Positions 1-9,105 of a DNA stretch of 64,000 nt are shown piece by piece. Below the pieces are notes generated by a model that saw only the letters and a program-made list of their open reading frames with translations, had not been told where the DNA came from and did not search any database. How positions within the stretch are numbered: the first letter of the stretch is position 1; each line of letters begins with the position of its first letter. Position numbers and translations under genes: made by a program. Source of the DNA: Alphaproteobacteria bacterium (lineage in GTDB: Bacteria; Pseudomonadota; Alphaproteobacteria; Rs-D84); the NCBI GenBank assembly GCA_016927735.1, contig JAFGMC010000002.1, positions 4,290-68,289 on the forward strand. The letters run 5' to 3'.

Positions 1-141
1 CGAAGAGGTAAAATAAATTCTTTCATAGCCATAATAATATAAATCTTTTTTCTTAATTTTCAAGACAATAAAAAATCCCGCGTATACAACGGGTTCAACA
101 AAACAAAGTTTTGTTAGATGTAATGTGGGATTTTTTATTTA

Positions 142-375
142 TTAACGACGACGACCACCGTTATGATTATTGTATTGTGAATTATTGCTGGATTTTTTTG
201 ATAAATAACGTGCTGAAATCAAAATTAACCATTCCAAAGCTATAAATCCCATAGCAATAAATTTTGATTCTGGACCTTTTACCCAGACCAAAATGTATAC
301 CAGTTGTGCGACAAAAGAAATATACAGGATTCCGAATACGCCTGTAAAAAATAACTTTTTTATTTTATTAAACAT
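142..375 (-). CDS. small hydrophobic membrane protein (77 aa), unknown function
   Basis: ORF 142..498 trimmed to the internal ATG at 375 because its 5' part overlaps the tmRNA coding piece and terminator. It has two hydrophobic segments and a basic C-terminus. No family recognised. Confidence 0.4.
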   Translation of the reverse strand: MFNKIKKLFFTGVFGILYISFVAQLVYILVWVKGPESKFIAMGFIALEWLILISARYLSKKSSNNSQYNNHNGGRRR

Positions 376-403
376 TTTATTCCTCTGATTTTTATGAATG
401 AAT

Positions 404-440
404 ATTAAAAATGCCCGTCTTCTGGTGCCAGGCGACGGGC
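404..440 (-). terminator. rho-independent terminator of ssrA
   Basis: Minus strand GCCCGTC-GCCTGGCACCAGAA-GACGGGC followed by ATTTTT. Confidence 0.6.
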
Positions 441-733
441 GACCCCGCAAAAGCTTTACGACACGACCAACAATTGTCAGTATTGTGTCAAGCGCCAATT
501 AGGCAGCCAATGCAAAGCGAACGTTGTCGTTCGCAGCGATAGTTTCGCCATTCAGTTTTTAACGGTCTTTAACGACACCACGTCGGATTCACTCTATTTG
601 CCTTTACTGCGCTTGTCGAATCTATGTCAGCCCCATAATTTTTATTGGTGGAGCTGTGGGGTACCGCCCCCCAGTCCAAAACGACTATTCCACAACGAAT
701 TCAGAATCATCTTCACATGTTTACACACGCGAC
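405..733 (-). ncRNA. ssrA: two-piece (circularly permuted) tmRNA gene
   Basis: The minus strand reads TGGGGGGCGGTACCCCACAGCTCCACCA, a T-arm-like hairpin plus acceptor 3' strand, with CCA at 648..646. Eleven nt later comes GGGGCTGACATAGATTCGAC, the canonical tmRNA 5' end, from 634. The tag frame GCG AAC GAC AAC GTT CGC TTT GCA TTG GCT GCC TAA encodes ANDNVRFALAA (534..499). The gene ends at a hairpin plus T-run (440..404). Acceptor piece before coding piece is the permuted alphaproteobacterial layout. Outer ends are approximate. Confidence 0.8.
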
Positions 734-739
734 ATAAAC

Positions 740-767
740 ATTATAATTAAAACACTGGAAATTGCAA
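740..767 (-). promoter_or_regulatory. sigma70-type promoter for ssrA
   Basis: Minus strand TTGCAA (767..762), 16-nt spacer, TATAAT (745..740). The predicted start is near 733. Confidence 0.45.
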
Positions 768-775
768 GTTTTTAA

Positions 776-1792
<1,017 letters not shown>

Positions 1793-1796
1793 GAAG

Positions 1797-2294
1797 ATGC
1801 GATATAAAAATCTCTTATCAGAATTAACAGTTGAAGAAACGGTTAATAAATATAAATCCGATTTAAGAAAAAATGAAAAAATAATGGTTCATTTTTCAAA
1901 TAATACATCATGCCTTTTGAAAGATATCAGTCCATTTAGTGTTGAATTTATTGGTGGATTGTGGCGCGGTCAAAAAGAATTTAAATACAACATAAAAACA
2001 GTTCGTGATAAGAAATTTATTTTGGGTGATAAAATTGAACGTTCAGAATTACCCCGCGAAGAAATACCAATATTTGACTATTATCCGGCTTCTATGGTTG
2101 GTATAAATTGTTATGGATATTCTATTGGTGAATTTGATTATATTGTTGCAAATTGTGGTGGGGCTTGGGGATACGGAAAAACAATTTCTGCTGCACGTGC
2201 GTATTTATCCAGCAAAGTTATAGATATTTCAACACAGAATCCAAAAATTAGTAAAATACTTTTAAAAGAAATGAAACAAAAAAGCTCTCGTTAA
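1797..2294 (+). CDS. hypothetical protein (165 aa)
   Basis: Long ORF 5 nt after obgE on the same strand, followed by a terminator. No recognisable motif. Confidence 0.5.
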   Translation: MRYKNLLSELTVEETVNKYKSDLRKNEKIMVHFSNNTSCLLKDISPFSVEFIGGLWRGQKEFKYNIKTVRDKKFILGDKIERSELPREEIPIFDYYPASMVGINCYGYSIGEFDYIVANCGGAWGYGKTISAARAYLSSKVIDISTQNPKISKILLKEMKQKSSR

Positions 2295-2311
2295 TCGTAA
2301 AAAATAACTTG

Positions 2312-2340
2312 AACGACCCATTATGGTCGTTTTATTTTTT
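2312..2340 (+). terminator. rho-independent terminator
   Basis: AACGACC-cattat-GGTCGTT followed by TTATTTTTT. Confidence 0.6.
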
Positions 2341-2396
2341 GCTTTTTATATTTTCATCTGATATGATTTAAACAAGTTAAATTGAAAGGAGAAAAC

Positions 2397-3023
2397 ATGT
2401 CATCACCAAAATTAAAAGGTACCCGGACAGAAAAAAATCTGTTAATTGCGTTTGCCGGGGAATCACAGGCACGTAATCGTTATGGATTTTTTGCATCTGC
2501 TGCCAAAAAAGAAGGATATTTTGCAATTGAAAAAATATTTCTTGAAACTGCAGAACAAGAACGTGAACATGCATCTCGTTTGTTCAAATACCTAGAAGGT
2601 GGGGATTTGGAAATTACAGCTGCATTCCCAGCAGGTAAGATTGGAACAACTCTTGAAAATCTGCAATCTGCAGCATTTGGTGAAAATTATGAAAATACAG
2701 AAATGTATCCAAAATTTGCACAAGTCGCAGCGGAAGAAGGCTTTACTGCTATTGCAGATGTATTGAAACATATTGGTTATGCAGAACGCTATCATGAATC
2801 ACGTTATCGCGCACTGATTGATGCAATTGAAAAAGGGACATTGTTCAAACAAGATAAAATTGTTATGTGGCGTTGCACAAACTGTGGTAATTGGGAAATC
2901 GGAACCGAAGCACCAACAATATGCCCAGCTTGTTTACATCCACAGGGATACTTTATCAGCGAAGGGACAATTTCCAGATGTGATACGAACGAAGGGTTTT
3001 GTGAATATTCAAACAAAGATTAA
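2397..3023 (+). CDS. rbr: rubrerythrin
   Basis: ATG at 2397 preceded by AAAGGAG. Ferritin-like diiron domain (GESQARNRY, EQEREHA, ERYHESRY) plus a C-terminal rubredoxin-like CTNCG...CPAC. Confidence 0.9.
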   Translation: MSSPKLKGTRTEKNLLIAFAGESQARNRYGFFASAAKKEGYFAIEKIFLETAEQEREHASRLFKYLEGGDLEITAAFPAGKIGTTLENLQSAAFGENYENTEMYPKFAQVAAEEGFTAIADVLKHIGYAERYHESRYRALIDAIEKGTLFKQDKIVMWRCTNCGNWEIGTEAPTICPACLHPQGYFISEGTISRCDTNEGFCEYSNKD

Positions 3024-3033
3024 TTAAAAAATA

Positions 3034-3060
3034 AAACCCGCATTTTGCGGGTTTTGTTTT
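3034..3060. terminator. bidirectional rho-independent terminator
   Basis: AAACCCGC-atttt-GCGGGTTT flanked by an A-run and a T-run, between convergent genes. Confidence 0.7.
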
Positions 3061-3481
3061 ATATTTTTCCAGTCTTTAATTCCATACCTACATAGAATTT
3101 ATATTCTTTTGGTATAAAGTGCAGAAGGGCATAGTTTAAATCTTCTGCGCCAGAGTAACCATATGCTTTATAACTGTCATCCCAATATTTATTTTTTAAT
3201 TCAAGTCTTTCATAAACCTCTATTTGTCCGAAAAGCCTGACAGACATATGTGTTTCTGGGTTATAATAATACAAACAAACATTTGAATTTTTCATAATCT
3301 GCTGAAATTTTGGTGATTTGTTGTTTGTCATAAAATGCAAATCCAGGTCAGTTATTTTTTTATTCATACCATTCATAACATGACGTGTTTCTGGATAGTT
3401 ATCTAATGCGAATGTACAGAATTGCAAAGAATCACAAGATTTTATTATATCAATTATAGATCGCTTTACTTCATTAGTCAT
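3059..3481 (-). CDS. pyridoxamine 5'-phosphate oxidase-family (FMN-binding split-barrel) protein
   Basis: 140 aa whose size and pattern (general stress protein 26-like: ...LHFMTNNKSPKFQQI...VCLYYYNP...) resemble PNPOx-like proteins. Judged by eye only. Confidence 0.45.
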   Translation of the reverse strand: MTNEVKRSIIDIIKSCDSLQFCTFALDNYPETRHVMNGMNKKITDLDLHFMTNNKSPKFQQIMKNSNVCLYYYNPETHMSVRLFGQIEVYERLELKNKYWDDSYKAYGYSGAEDLNYALLHFIPKEYKFYVGMELKTGKI

Positions 3482-3947
3482 TTTTCACCTCCAATTGGTT
3501 TAAAACTTTATCTAATTTATTCAAAGAACTATTTGCGCATCCACGACCACGCCAAGATAGTATTTCTTCACCGGTTTTTTGATCGGCAATTGATACGTTA
3601 AAATTCCACCACCAAAATCCGTTAAATGTGCACCATATTGGAAAGAAAAATTCACGACGCTCGGAAACTTTTACAACATATCTGGCGTTCATAGTATTTG
3701 CAGCATCAACATTAACAAACCCATCATCGGTTAAACCATTTATTGTTTTGCTATTCGTTTCTTTGCCTACAATTACTTTGTACCCACGTTCTTCCATTTT
3801 TTCTTTTACACTACGTTTCATTGTAAACCCACCACGATCCGCAAATATAGTATAGTTTTTATCCAATGTTCCAGGTTTTACATACATACTGTTACATCCG
3901 GTCAGCATAAATAAAAATAGAAAAATTGGTAATAAAACTTTTTTCAT
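3474..3947 (-). CDS. lipoprotein, unknown function
   Basis: Signal peptide with lipobox MKKVLLPIFLFLFMLTGC. The stop overlaps the next gene by 8 nt. Confidence 0.6.
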   Translation of the reverse strand: MKKVLLPIFLFLFMLTGCNSMYVKPGTLDKNYTIFADRGGFTMKRSVKEKMEERGYKVIVGKETNSKTINGLTDDGFVNVDAANTMNARYVVKVSERREFFFPIWCTFNGFWWWNFNVSIADQKTGEEILSWRGRGCANSSLNKLDKVLNQLEVKND

Positions 3948-4039
3948 AAAATCTCCCTAAACTCCAAGATTTTATTCTACACAATTATTTTGGAAAAGTT
4001 CAATAAAAAATAAAACGAACAAAAACTAGTTTGTTTTTT

Positions 4040-4116
4040 TGGTGCACCCGACAAGAGTCGAACTTGTAATCTCCGCCTTCGGAGGGCAGCGCTTTATCCA
4101 GTTAAGCCACGGGTGC
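4040..4116 (-). tRNA. tRNA-Arg (anticodon CCG)
   Basis: Cloverleaf folded by hand. Acceptor GCACCCG/CGGGTGC, D arm GCTT/AAGC, anticodon loop CTCCGAA, T arm ACAAG-TTCGACT-CTTGT, encoded CCA. Confidence 0.9.
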
Positions 4117-4134
4117 ATATTTCTAAATTATATT

Positions 4135-5203
4135 TTATTTCGAAAGCATTGCCAGCATAAAATCGTCCAGGTCGCCGTCCAATACCGCATCAGAATCTGT
4201 TTTCTCAACACCCGTCCGAACATCTTTGACCAATTGATATGGATACAAGACATAATTTCTTATCTGGCTGCCCCATTCGATTTTCTTTTGACCAACCTTG
4301 GCGGCATCTTCTTCTGCGGCGCGCTTTTGTAATTCTAATTCATACAATTTACTGCGCAGCATTTTCATTGCCATTGCACGGTTTTGAATTTGTGATCGTT
4401 CATTCTGACAGGTGACTACTGTATTTGTCGGCAGGTGTGTTATTCGAACCGCACTGTCGGTTTTATTAACACTCTGACCGCCGGCGCCTTGGGATCGATA
4501 AGTATCAATACGCAAATCTTTGTCATTAATTTCAATTTCAATATTATCATCAATATCTGGCCAAACATCCACGGATGCAAAACTGGTTTGACGTTTACCA
4601 TTTGCATTAAAAGGCGAAATTCTGACTAATCTGTGAACACCAGTTTCATTTTTTAACCAACCATAGGCACGCTGTCCACTGATACGATAAGTAACATTTT
4701 TGATTCCGGCGGTATCCCCTTCGTGTTCTTCTATAACCTCAATCGAAAATCCGTGACGTTCTGACCAACGCTGATACATTCGTGACATCATTTGTGCCCA
4801 GTCTTGGGCCTCGGTTCCACCGGCACCCGCCTGGATAAACAAAAATGCACCGTCATTATCTGCAGGTTTATTAAATAAAGTAATAAACTTTGCTGCATGC
4901 GATTTTTTACCCAATTGTTCAATTGCTTTTAGTATCTCTGTATCATTTGGTTCCATTTCGTATAATTCGACCAGATTTTTATAATCGGATTCCAAAGATA
5001 ATAATTCATTCAGTGATTTTTCCAGATTTGATTTCTTTTGCATCAAATTGCGTGCAGCATCAGGATTATCCCAAAGATTGGGGACATCTATGCTTTTATT
5101 TAATTCATTTATTTCGGACTGAAGTTTTTCCGGGTCAAAGAAACCCCCTGATGGCTTCAATGTCATCAGAAATTTGTTTTAAAATATCATTAACTATAAT
5201 CAT
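4135..5203 (-). CDS. prfB: peptide chain release factor 2 (programmed +1 frameshift)
   Basis: Frame 0 reads ATG(5203) MIIVNDILKQISDDIEAIRGFL then TGA. The site is AGGGGG TTT CTT TGA C (CTTTGAC at 5140..5134). The +1 frame continues DPEKLQ... into ORF 4135..5166, which carries SPF and GGQ (SQGAGGQSVNKTDSAVR). Confidence 0.95.
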
Positions 5204-5320
5204 GCAAAGTATATTATCAATTTATTTAATTAAATCAATAATTTTGTAATTTTGAATTTAAATGAATGTTTGCCTTTTTTTTTGCAATATGATAAAATTT
5301 GTTCAATGAGAGAGGGTTTA

Positions 5321-6547
5321 ATGAAGAAATTTTTATTAACAATTGGTATTTTTGCCATTTGTACCTTTGGAAACAATGCTTTTGCGTTGTCCGCAGGAAC
5401 CGTGAGTGGGAATGATACCGCGCGCGTGTCAACCCCAAGCAATGATCGTGGTTATCAAAGTGTTGCCAGTACATATAAAACAAATCAACGTAATACATAT
5501 TATATGGTGACCCAGCCGGATGTTGATACTGCATGTCGTACAAAAATTTACAATTGTTTGGCGGCATATTGTGGTGATGTAACGGTTGTTCCCGGTCAAC
5601 GCGACAGTCGTTGTACTTATTCCACAGAAAGTGAACTTTACAACTATGCTTTATTGTGTTTACAAAAAGATACTGATGTTTTGATGCCCCAGTATAATAC
5701 AGGTACCAGAACCGGAACAGGTGGTATGAATACTGCTGCAAGACTTTGCCCATCGTATGTCCAACAAGAATTAATGTCTTATTTATCTATGGCAAATATG
5801 GCGGAAAAATTGACTAAATCCCGCTCTAGTTTATGTCTTGAACGTCGTCAAGAATTGGAAGCTGCAATGTCTTGTCATTCAATTACATTGTCTTATGGAA
5901 ACGAAACATCAAGTATGCTGAATTCACAATTAACAGATTATTGTGGTTCTGGCGTTCCAGGTGGATCATCAGAAATGGTGACTAAATTTGCTAATGCTGG
6001 GAACGTTGGTGCAAATATTTGGGGTTGGGCTGAAAAGGTTGTTAATTTGGACCTGAATAAAAAAGGTGCAGATTGGCAGGTTGCTGTTGATGCGGTTTTG
6101 GCTGGTTATACAAATCGTATGAATTTGGCATGTGGTGATGATGCAAAGGTGACTACTTCTTCGTATTCTTCTAATAATAGCCAACCGACTAGTTTACAAA
6201 CAGCTGCTGCATTGGCAGTTGGTATGGCGTTTCCAACGACAGAAAAAAATTCTGAAAATATTTATGAATCATTAAATATGTGGCAAGAGGTTCAAAGTGC
6301 ATCTGATGTTTATGACTATGCGACTGCAAAACAGGTTGTACAGGCCGGTTTGACCAATGCTGCGACAACACAAAATGCGTTTTTAAATAGTTCACAAATG
6401 GATAGTATGCAAACATCATATAAACTGGGAACCAAGGTATTTATTCTTCGTGACAGTTCCAGATGTTATATCGTTCCAGTCGCCACATTGGATGCAAAGC
6501 AAAAATCATTGCTGGCGCAATCATTTGCAAACTGTGTAAGTCAATAA
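5321..6547 (+). CDS. secreted Cys-containing protein (408 aa), unknown function
   Basis: ATG at 5321 after GAGAGGG. Signal peptide MKKFLLTIGIFAICTFGNNAFA. 12 Cys in the mature part. The N-terminal motif C-x6-C-x4-C (ACRTKIYNCLAAYC) is shared with the 770-aa protein at 49373..51685. Confidence 0.7.
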   Translation: MKKFLLTIGIFAICTFGNNAFALSAGTVSGNDTARVSTPSNDRGYQSVASTYKTNQRNTYYMVTQPDVDTACRTKIYNCLAAYCGDVTVVPGQRDSRCTYSTESELYNYALLCLQKDTDVLMPQYNTGTRTGTGGMNTAARLCPSYVQQELMSYLSMANMAEKLTKSRSSLCLERRQELEAAMSCHSITLSYGNETSSMLNSQLTDYCGSGVPGGSSEMVTKFANAGNVGANIWGWAEKVVNLDLNKKGADWQVAVDAVLAGYTNRMNLACGDDAKVTTSSYSSNNSQPTSLQTAAALAVGMAFPTTEKNSENIYESLNMWQEVQSASDVYDYATAKQVVQAGLTNAATTQNAFLNSSQMDSMQTSYKLGTKVFILRDSSRCYIVPVATLDAKQKSLLAQSFANCVSQ

Positions 6548-6572
6548 AAAAACCGCCAAATGGCGGTTTTAT
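6546..6572. terminator. bidirectional rho-independent terminator
   Basis: AAAAAAACCGCC-aaat-GGCGGTTTTATT between convergent genes. Confidence 0.7.
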
Positions 6573-7495
6573 TATAAAAGATGGTCCGCTTTTTCTTTTG
6601 CAATACTTGTATACAATTCGGTATACCCCTCGATATATGATAATTCAAACATATTTTTATCGTCGAATTTCATCATTGTTTGAAATACAGCTTGTTCAAC
6701 AGAAACTAATCCATGTCGTCGCATTACAATACATATTGAATCAAAACAATCGCTGAACAAATTTGCCCAATGTTTTGGTATCATAAATGACCCCCCTGGA
6801 ACATCATAATCAGCATTTATCATTGCTATATCAGTCATATTTTGTCGTGCCAACGTTTCATATGTTGCAGGTTTAATAGATTTAGTAAATTTCTTATAAA
6901 TATTATAAACAAATCTTGGTACAAAATGAGGGCGAGATTTTCCCAATGTTGGTGCAATACAAAATCGACACCTTTCAGGACGTGCTTTTATGCTTCCTGT
7001 CAAATTTCTCCAGCATAGCGCATAATTGGGATTAAATGCGCCAGAATCAACCCACATAAAATAATCAGAATTAAAAATATTATTTTCTGAAGCCCACCTA
7101 ATAATAGCTGGTTTAGCTGAAATAATTGTAAAATAATCCAACCAATCAACTGGTTTTTTATGTTTCAGCAGGAAACCTACATTCTTTTGCATATCTGATA
7201 ATAATTTTAAATTATTATCGCGTTCATTGTGTTGGGGAAGTTCTGAAAAATCCATTACTCGCATTAATATTTTTTTGTCCAAACCATTGTTTTTTAAAAA
7301 TTGAGCAGTTTCTTTATCGCACCATAAAGCCACTCTTTCAAAAGTATTTATCAATTTTTTTAATGATTTTAAATAAAATTCTTCAAATTTTCGATTTTTA
7401 CGTTTGATGTTATTTAAATGTTCTTGTTCAGGTATTCTGAATAGCATTTTGCAAAAAGTTATATCTTGTCTTCTTTTTTTGTATGTAATATCCAT
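6572..7495 (-). CDS. putative glycosyltransferase-like protein (HtrL/WlaTC-like?)
   Basis: 307-aa ORF with RBS AAGGAAAG. The motif DYFMWVDSGAF and overall size recall HtrL/YibB-type LPS-associated proteins. This is a weak assignment from memory. Confidence 0.35.
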   Translation of the reverse strand: MDITYKKRRQDITFCKMLFRIPEQEHLNNIKRKNRKFEEFYLKSLKKLINTFERVALWCDKETAQFLKNNGLDKKILMRVMDFSELPQHNERDNNLKLLSDMQKNVGFLLKHKKPVDWLDYFTIISAKPAIIRWASENNIFNSDYFMWVDSGAFNPNYALCWRNLTGSIKARPERCRFCIAPTLGKSRPHFVPRFVYNIYKKFTKSIKPATYETLARQNMTDIAMINADYDVPGGSFMIPKHWANLFSDCFDSICIVMRRHGLVSVEQAVFQTMMKFDDKNMFELSYIEGYTELYTSIAKEKADHLL

Positions 7496-7504
7496 CTTCT
7501 TTCC

Positions 7505-7700
7505 TTATATAAAAAACTCCTAATAAATTAGGAGTCGGGAAGTTCGATAGTCATACAACTTTGACCATGTGGTTTTCAGACATAAGTCTTTTTTTATAGC
7601 CACATCTTCCCGACATAAAGTCGGGACAACTTAGTAAAATACTAATGCATCAGCTGTATGGGTTATCGACGCCCAACTACTAACTTGTTTTATTTGTTTC
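7505..7700 (-). promoter_or_regulatory. structured 5' leader or small RNA ending in an intrinsic terminator
   Basis: The minus strand carries GTCCCGAC(7627..7620)-TTTAT-GTCGGGAAG(7614..7606), a nested hairpin ATGTGG...CCACAT, CTTCCCGAC(7542..7534), then ACTCCTAA-TTTA-TTAGGAGT + TTTTTT (7535..7510). This ends 15 nt before the RBS of the 6572..7495 gene. Confidence 0.45.
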
Positions 7701-7800
7701 TGTTAAGAAACATATAAATCTTAGGATATTATAATGCAAAAATCAATGAATATAAAACCATAGCGCTTGAAGCAAGGCATAATTTCTGATATAATTCTTG

Positions 7801-8955
7801 ATGATGAAAGTTTCTAGAAGAACAGTCTTAAAAGTTGTTGGTTTTGGTACATTGGCTATAAGTTTTTTGCCAAGGGTTGCTTTTGCTGCACGCGGTAAAC
7901 TGAAATCTTTACGTACAGGATTACAGCCAGGTAATAAAACAAGATTGGTAATTGAAACTTCTGCTAAGCCATCATATAACTTATCATATTCTGAAAATAA
8001 ATTGATTGTTGGTATCGCAAATACAGTTGCAGATAATTCTATTAAACCGCAAATGGCATCTGGCACACTTATAAAATCTTTGACACAAACCCAGATTGGT
8101 GACCGTTTAAACATTACTGCAAATTTGACGAAATCTATTGGTGAAATTCCTAAAAGCCAAATTATGCTTTTACAACCAAATGGGGACAATGATTATCGTT
8201 TGGTTCTGGATTTTGTAGCAGGCAGTTCAGCCGCTGTTGCAACCACAACTGCTGCAACTAAACAAAAAACATCGACCAAGAAATACGTGATTGTTATTGA
8301 TGCAGGTCATGGTGGCAAGGATCCTGGTTGTATCGGCAGAAATGGTACCAAGGAAAAGAAAATTGTTTTATCGGTTGCCAAGAAATTAAAAACAAAATTA
8401 GATGCTGCTGGCTTCAAGACTTATTTAACACGCAGTAATGATGTATTTTTAAACTTGGATACACGTGCATCGATTGCTGAAAAACATCATGCAGATTTAT
8501 TTTTATCATTACATGCCAATGCAAATCCCAGCAGGGCAATGAAGGGATTTTCTATATATACACTTTCTAAGAAAGCATCTGACGAAGAAGCTCGAAAACT
8601 GGCAGAGGCTGAAAACGCGTCAGATAAAATAGATGTCGATGGATTTGAACGTTTTTCTGCAGATATCAGAAATGCTTTATCTGCATTACAACAACAAGCT
8701 GTTGCAGAAATGTCTGTTGAATACGCAACAAATTGCGCCAAGATTATTGTTAAATCTGGTATTCAAAAACAATCTGGCCCATATGTTCGTCATGCACCAT
8801 TTGCGGTATTGCGTTCCACAATTCCCGGCGCTTTGATTGAATTGGGACATTTGTCCAATAGTTCAGAAGAAAGATTATTAAATACTGATTATCACCAAGA
8901 TAGATTGGCAAATGCTATATTAAAATCTATCAAAGAATATGATTTTGAAGTTTGA
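7801..8955 (+). CDS. amiC: N-acetylmuramoyl-L-alanine amidase (AmiC-like, AMIN + Amidase_3)
   Basis: Tat-type signal MMKVSRRTVLKVVGFGTLAISFLPRVAFA. Amidase_3 motifs IVIDAGHGGKDPG, SLHANA and ELGHLSN. Confidence 0.85.
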   Translation: MMKVSRRTVLKVVGFGTLAISFLPRVAFAARGKLKSLRTGLQPGNKTRLVIETSAKPSYNLSYSENKLIVGIANTVADNSIKPQMASGTLIKSLTQTQIGDRLNITANLTKSIGEIPKSQIMLLQPNGDNDYRLVLDFVAGSSAAVATTTAATKQKTSTKKYVIVIDAGHGGKDPGCIGRNGTKEKKIVLSVAKKLKTKLDAAGFKTYLTRSNDVFLNLDTRASIAEKHHADLFLSLHANANPSRAMKGFSIYTLSKKASDEEARKLAEAENASDKIDVDGFERFSADIRNALSALQQQAVAEMSVEYATNCAKIIVKSGIQKQSGPYVRHAPFAVLRSTIPGALIELGHLSNSSEERLLNTDYHQDRLANAILKSIKEYDFEV

Positions 8956-8964
8956 CGTTATTAT

Positions 8965-8993
8965 TTGACAATCAGATATCCAGAATATACAAT
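8965..8993 (+). promoter_or_regulatory. sigma70-type promoter of tRNA-Ser(CGA)
   Basis: TTGACA (8965..8970), 17-nt spacer, TACAAT (8988..8993). The tRNA starts at 9004. Confidence 0.55.
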
Positions 8994-9003
8994 CCCCAAC
9001 ACC

Positions 9004-9093
9004 GGAGACGTGGCAGAGTGGTTGAATGTACCTGACTCGAAATCAGGAATACGGGAAACCGTATCGAGGGTTCAAATCCCTCCGTCTCCGCCA
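9004..9093 (+). tRNA. tRNA-Ser (anticodon CGA)
   Basis: Acceptor GGAGACG/CGTCTCC, anticodon loop CTCGAAA, long variable arm, T loop GGTTCAAATCC, encoded CCA. Confidence 0.9.
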
Positions 9094-9105
9094 GAATAAT
9101 AAAAA

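Noticed and set aside
376-498. 5' extension of ORF 142..498 (N-terminal 41 aa MALDTILTIV...)
   Set aside because: It overlaps the tmRNA coding piece and its terminator hairpin. The basic, Arg-rich translation looks like an artefact. The ORF was trimmed to the ATG at 375.
4039-4332. 97-aa plus-strand ORF
   Set aside because: It starts inside tRNA-Arg(CCG) and runs antisense through the 3' end of prfB, so it is spurious.
5235-5753. 172-aa minus-strand ORF upstream of prfB
   Set aside because: It is antisense to the signal-peptide-bearing exoprotein gene. The real prfB start (ATG 5203 plus frameshift) explains the region.
7516-7535. Hairpin ACTCCTAA-TAAA-TTAGGAGT considered as a plus-strand terminator or as the terminator of the amidase gene's antisense
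   Set aside because: On the plus strand it is preceded by an A-run and not followed by a T-run. The U-tract exists only in the minus-strand transcript, so it is assigned to the minus-strand leader or sRNA.
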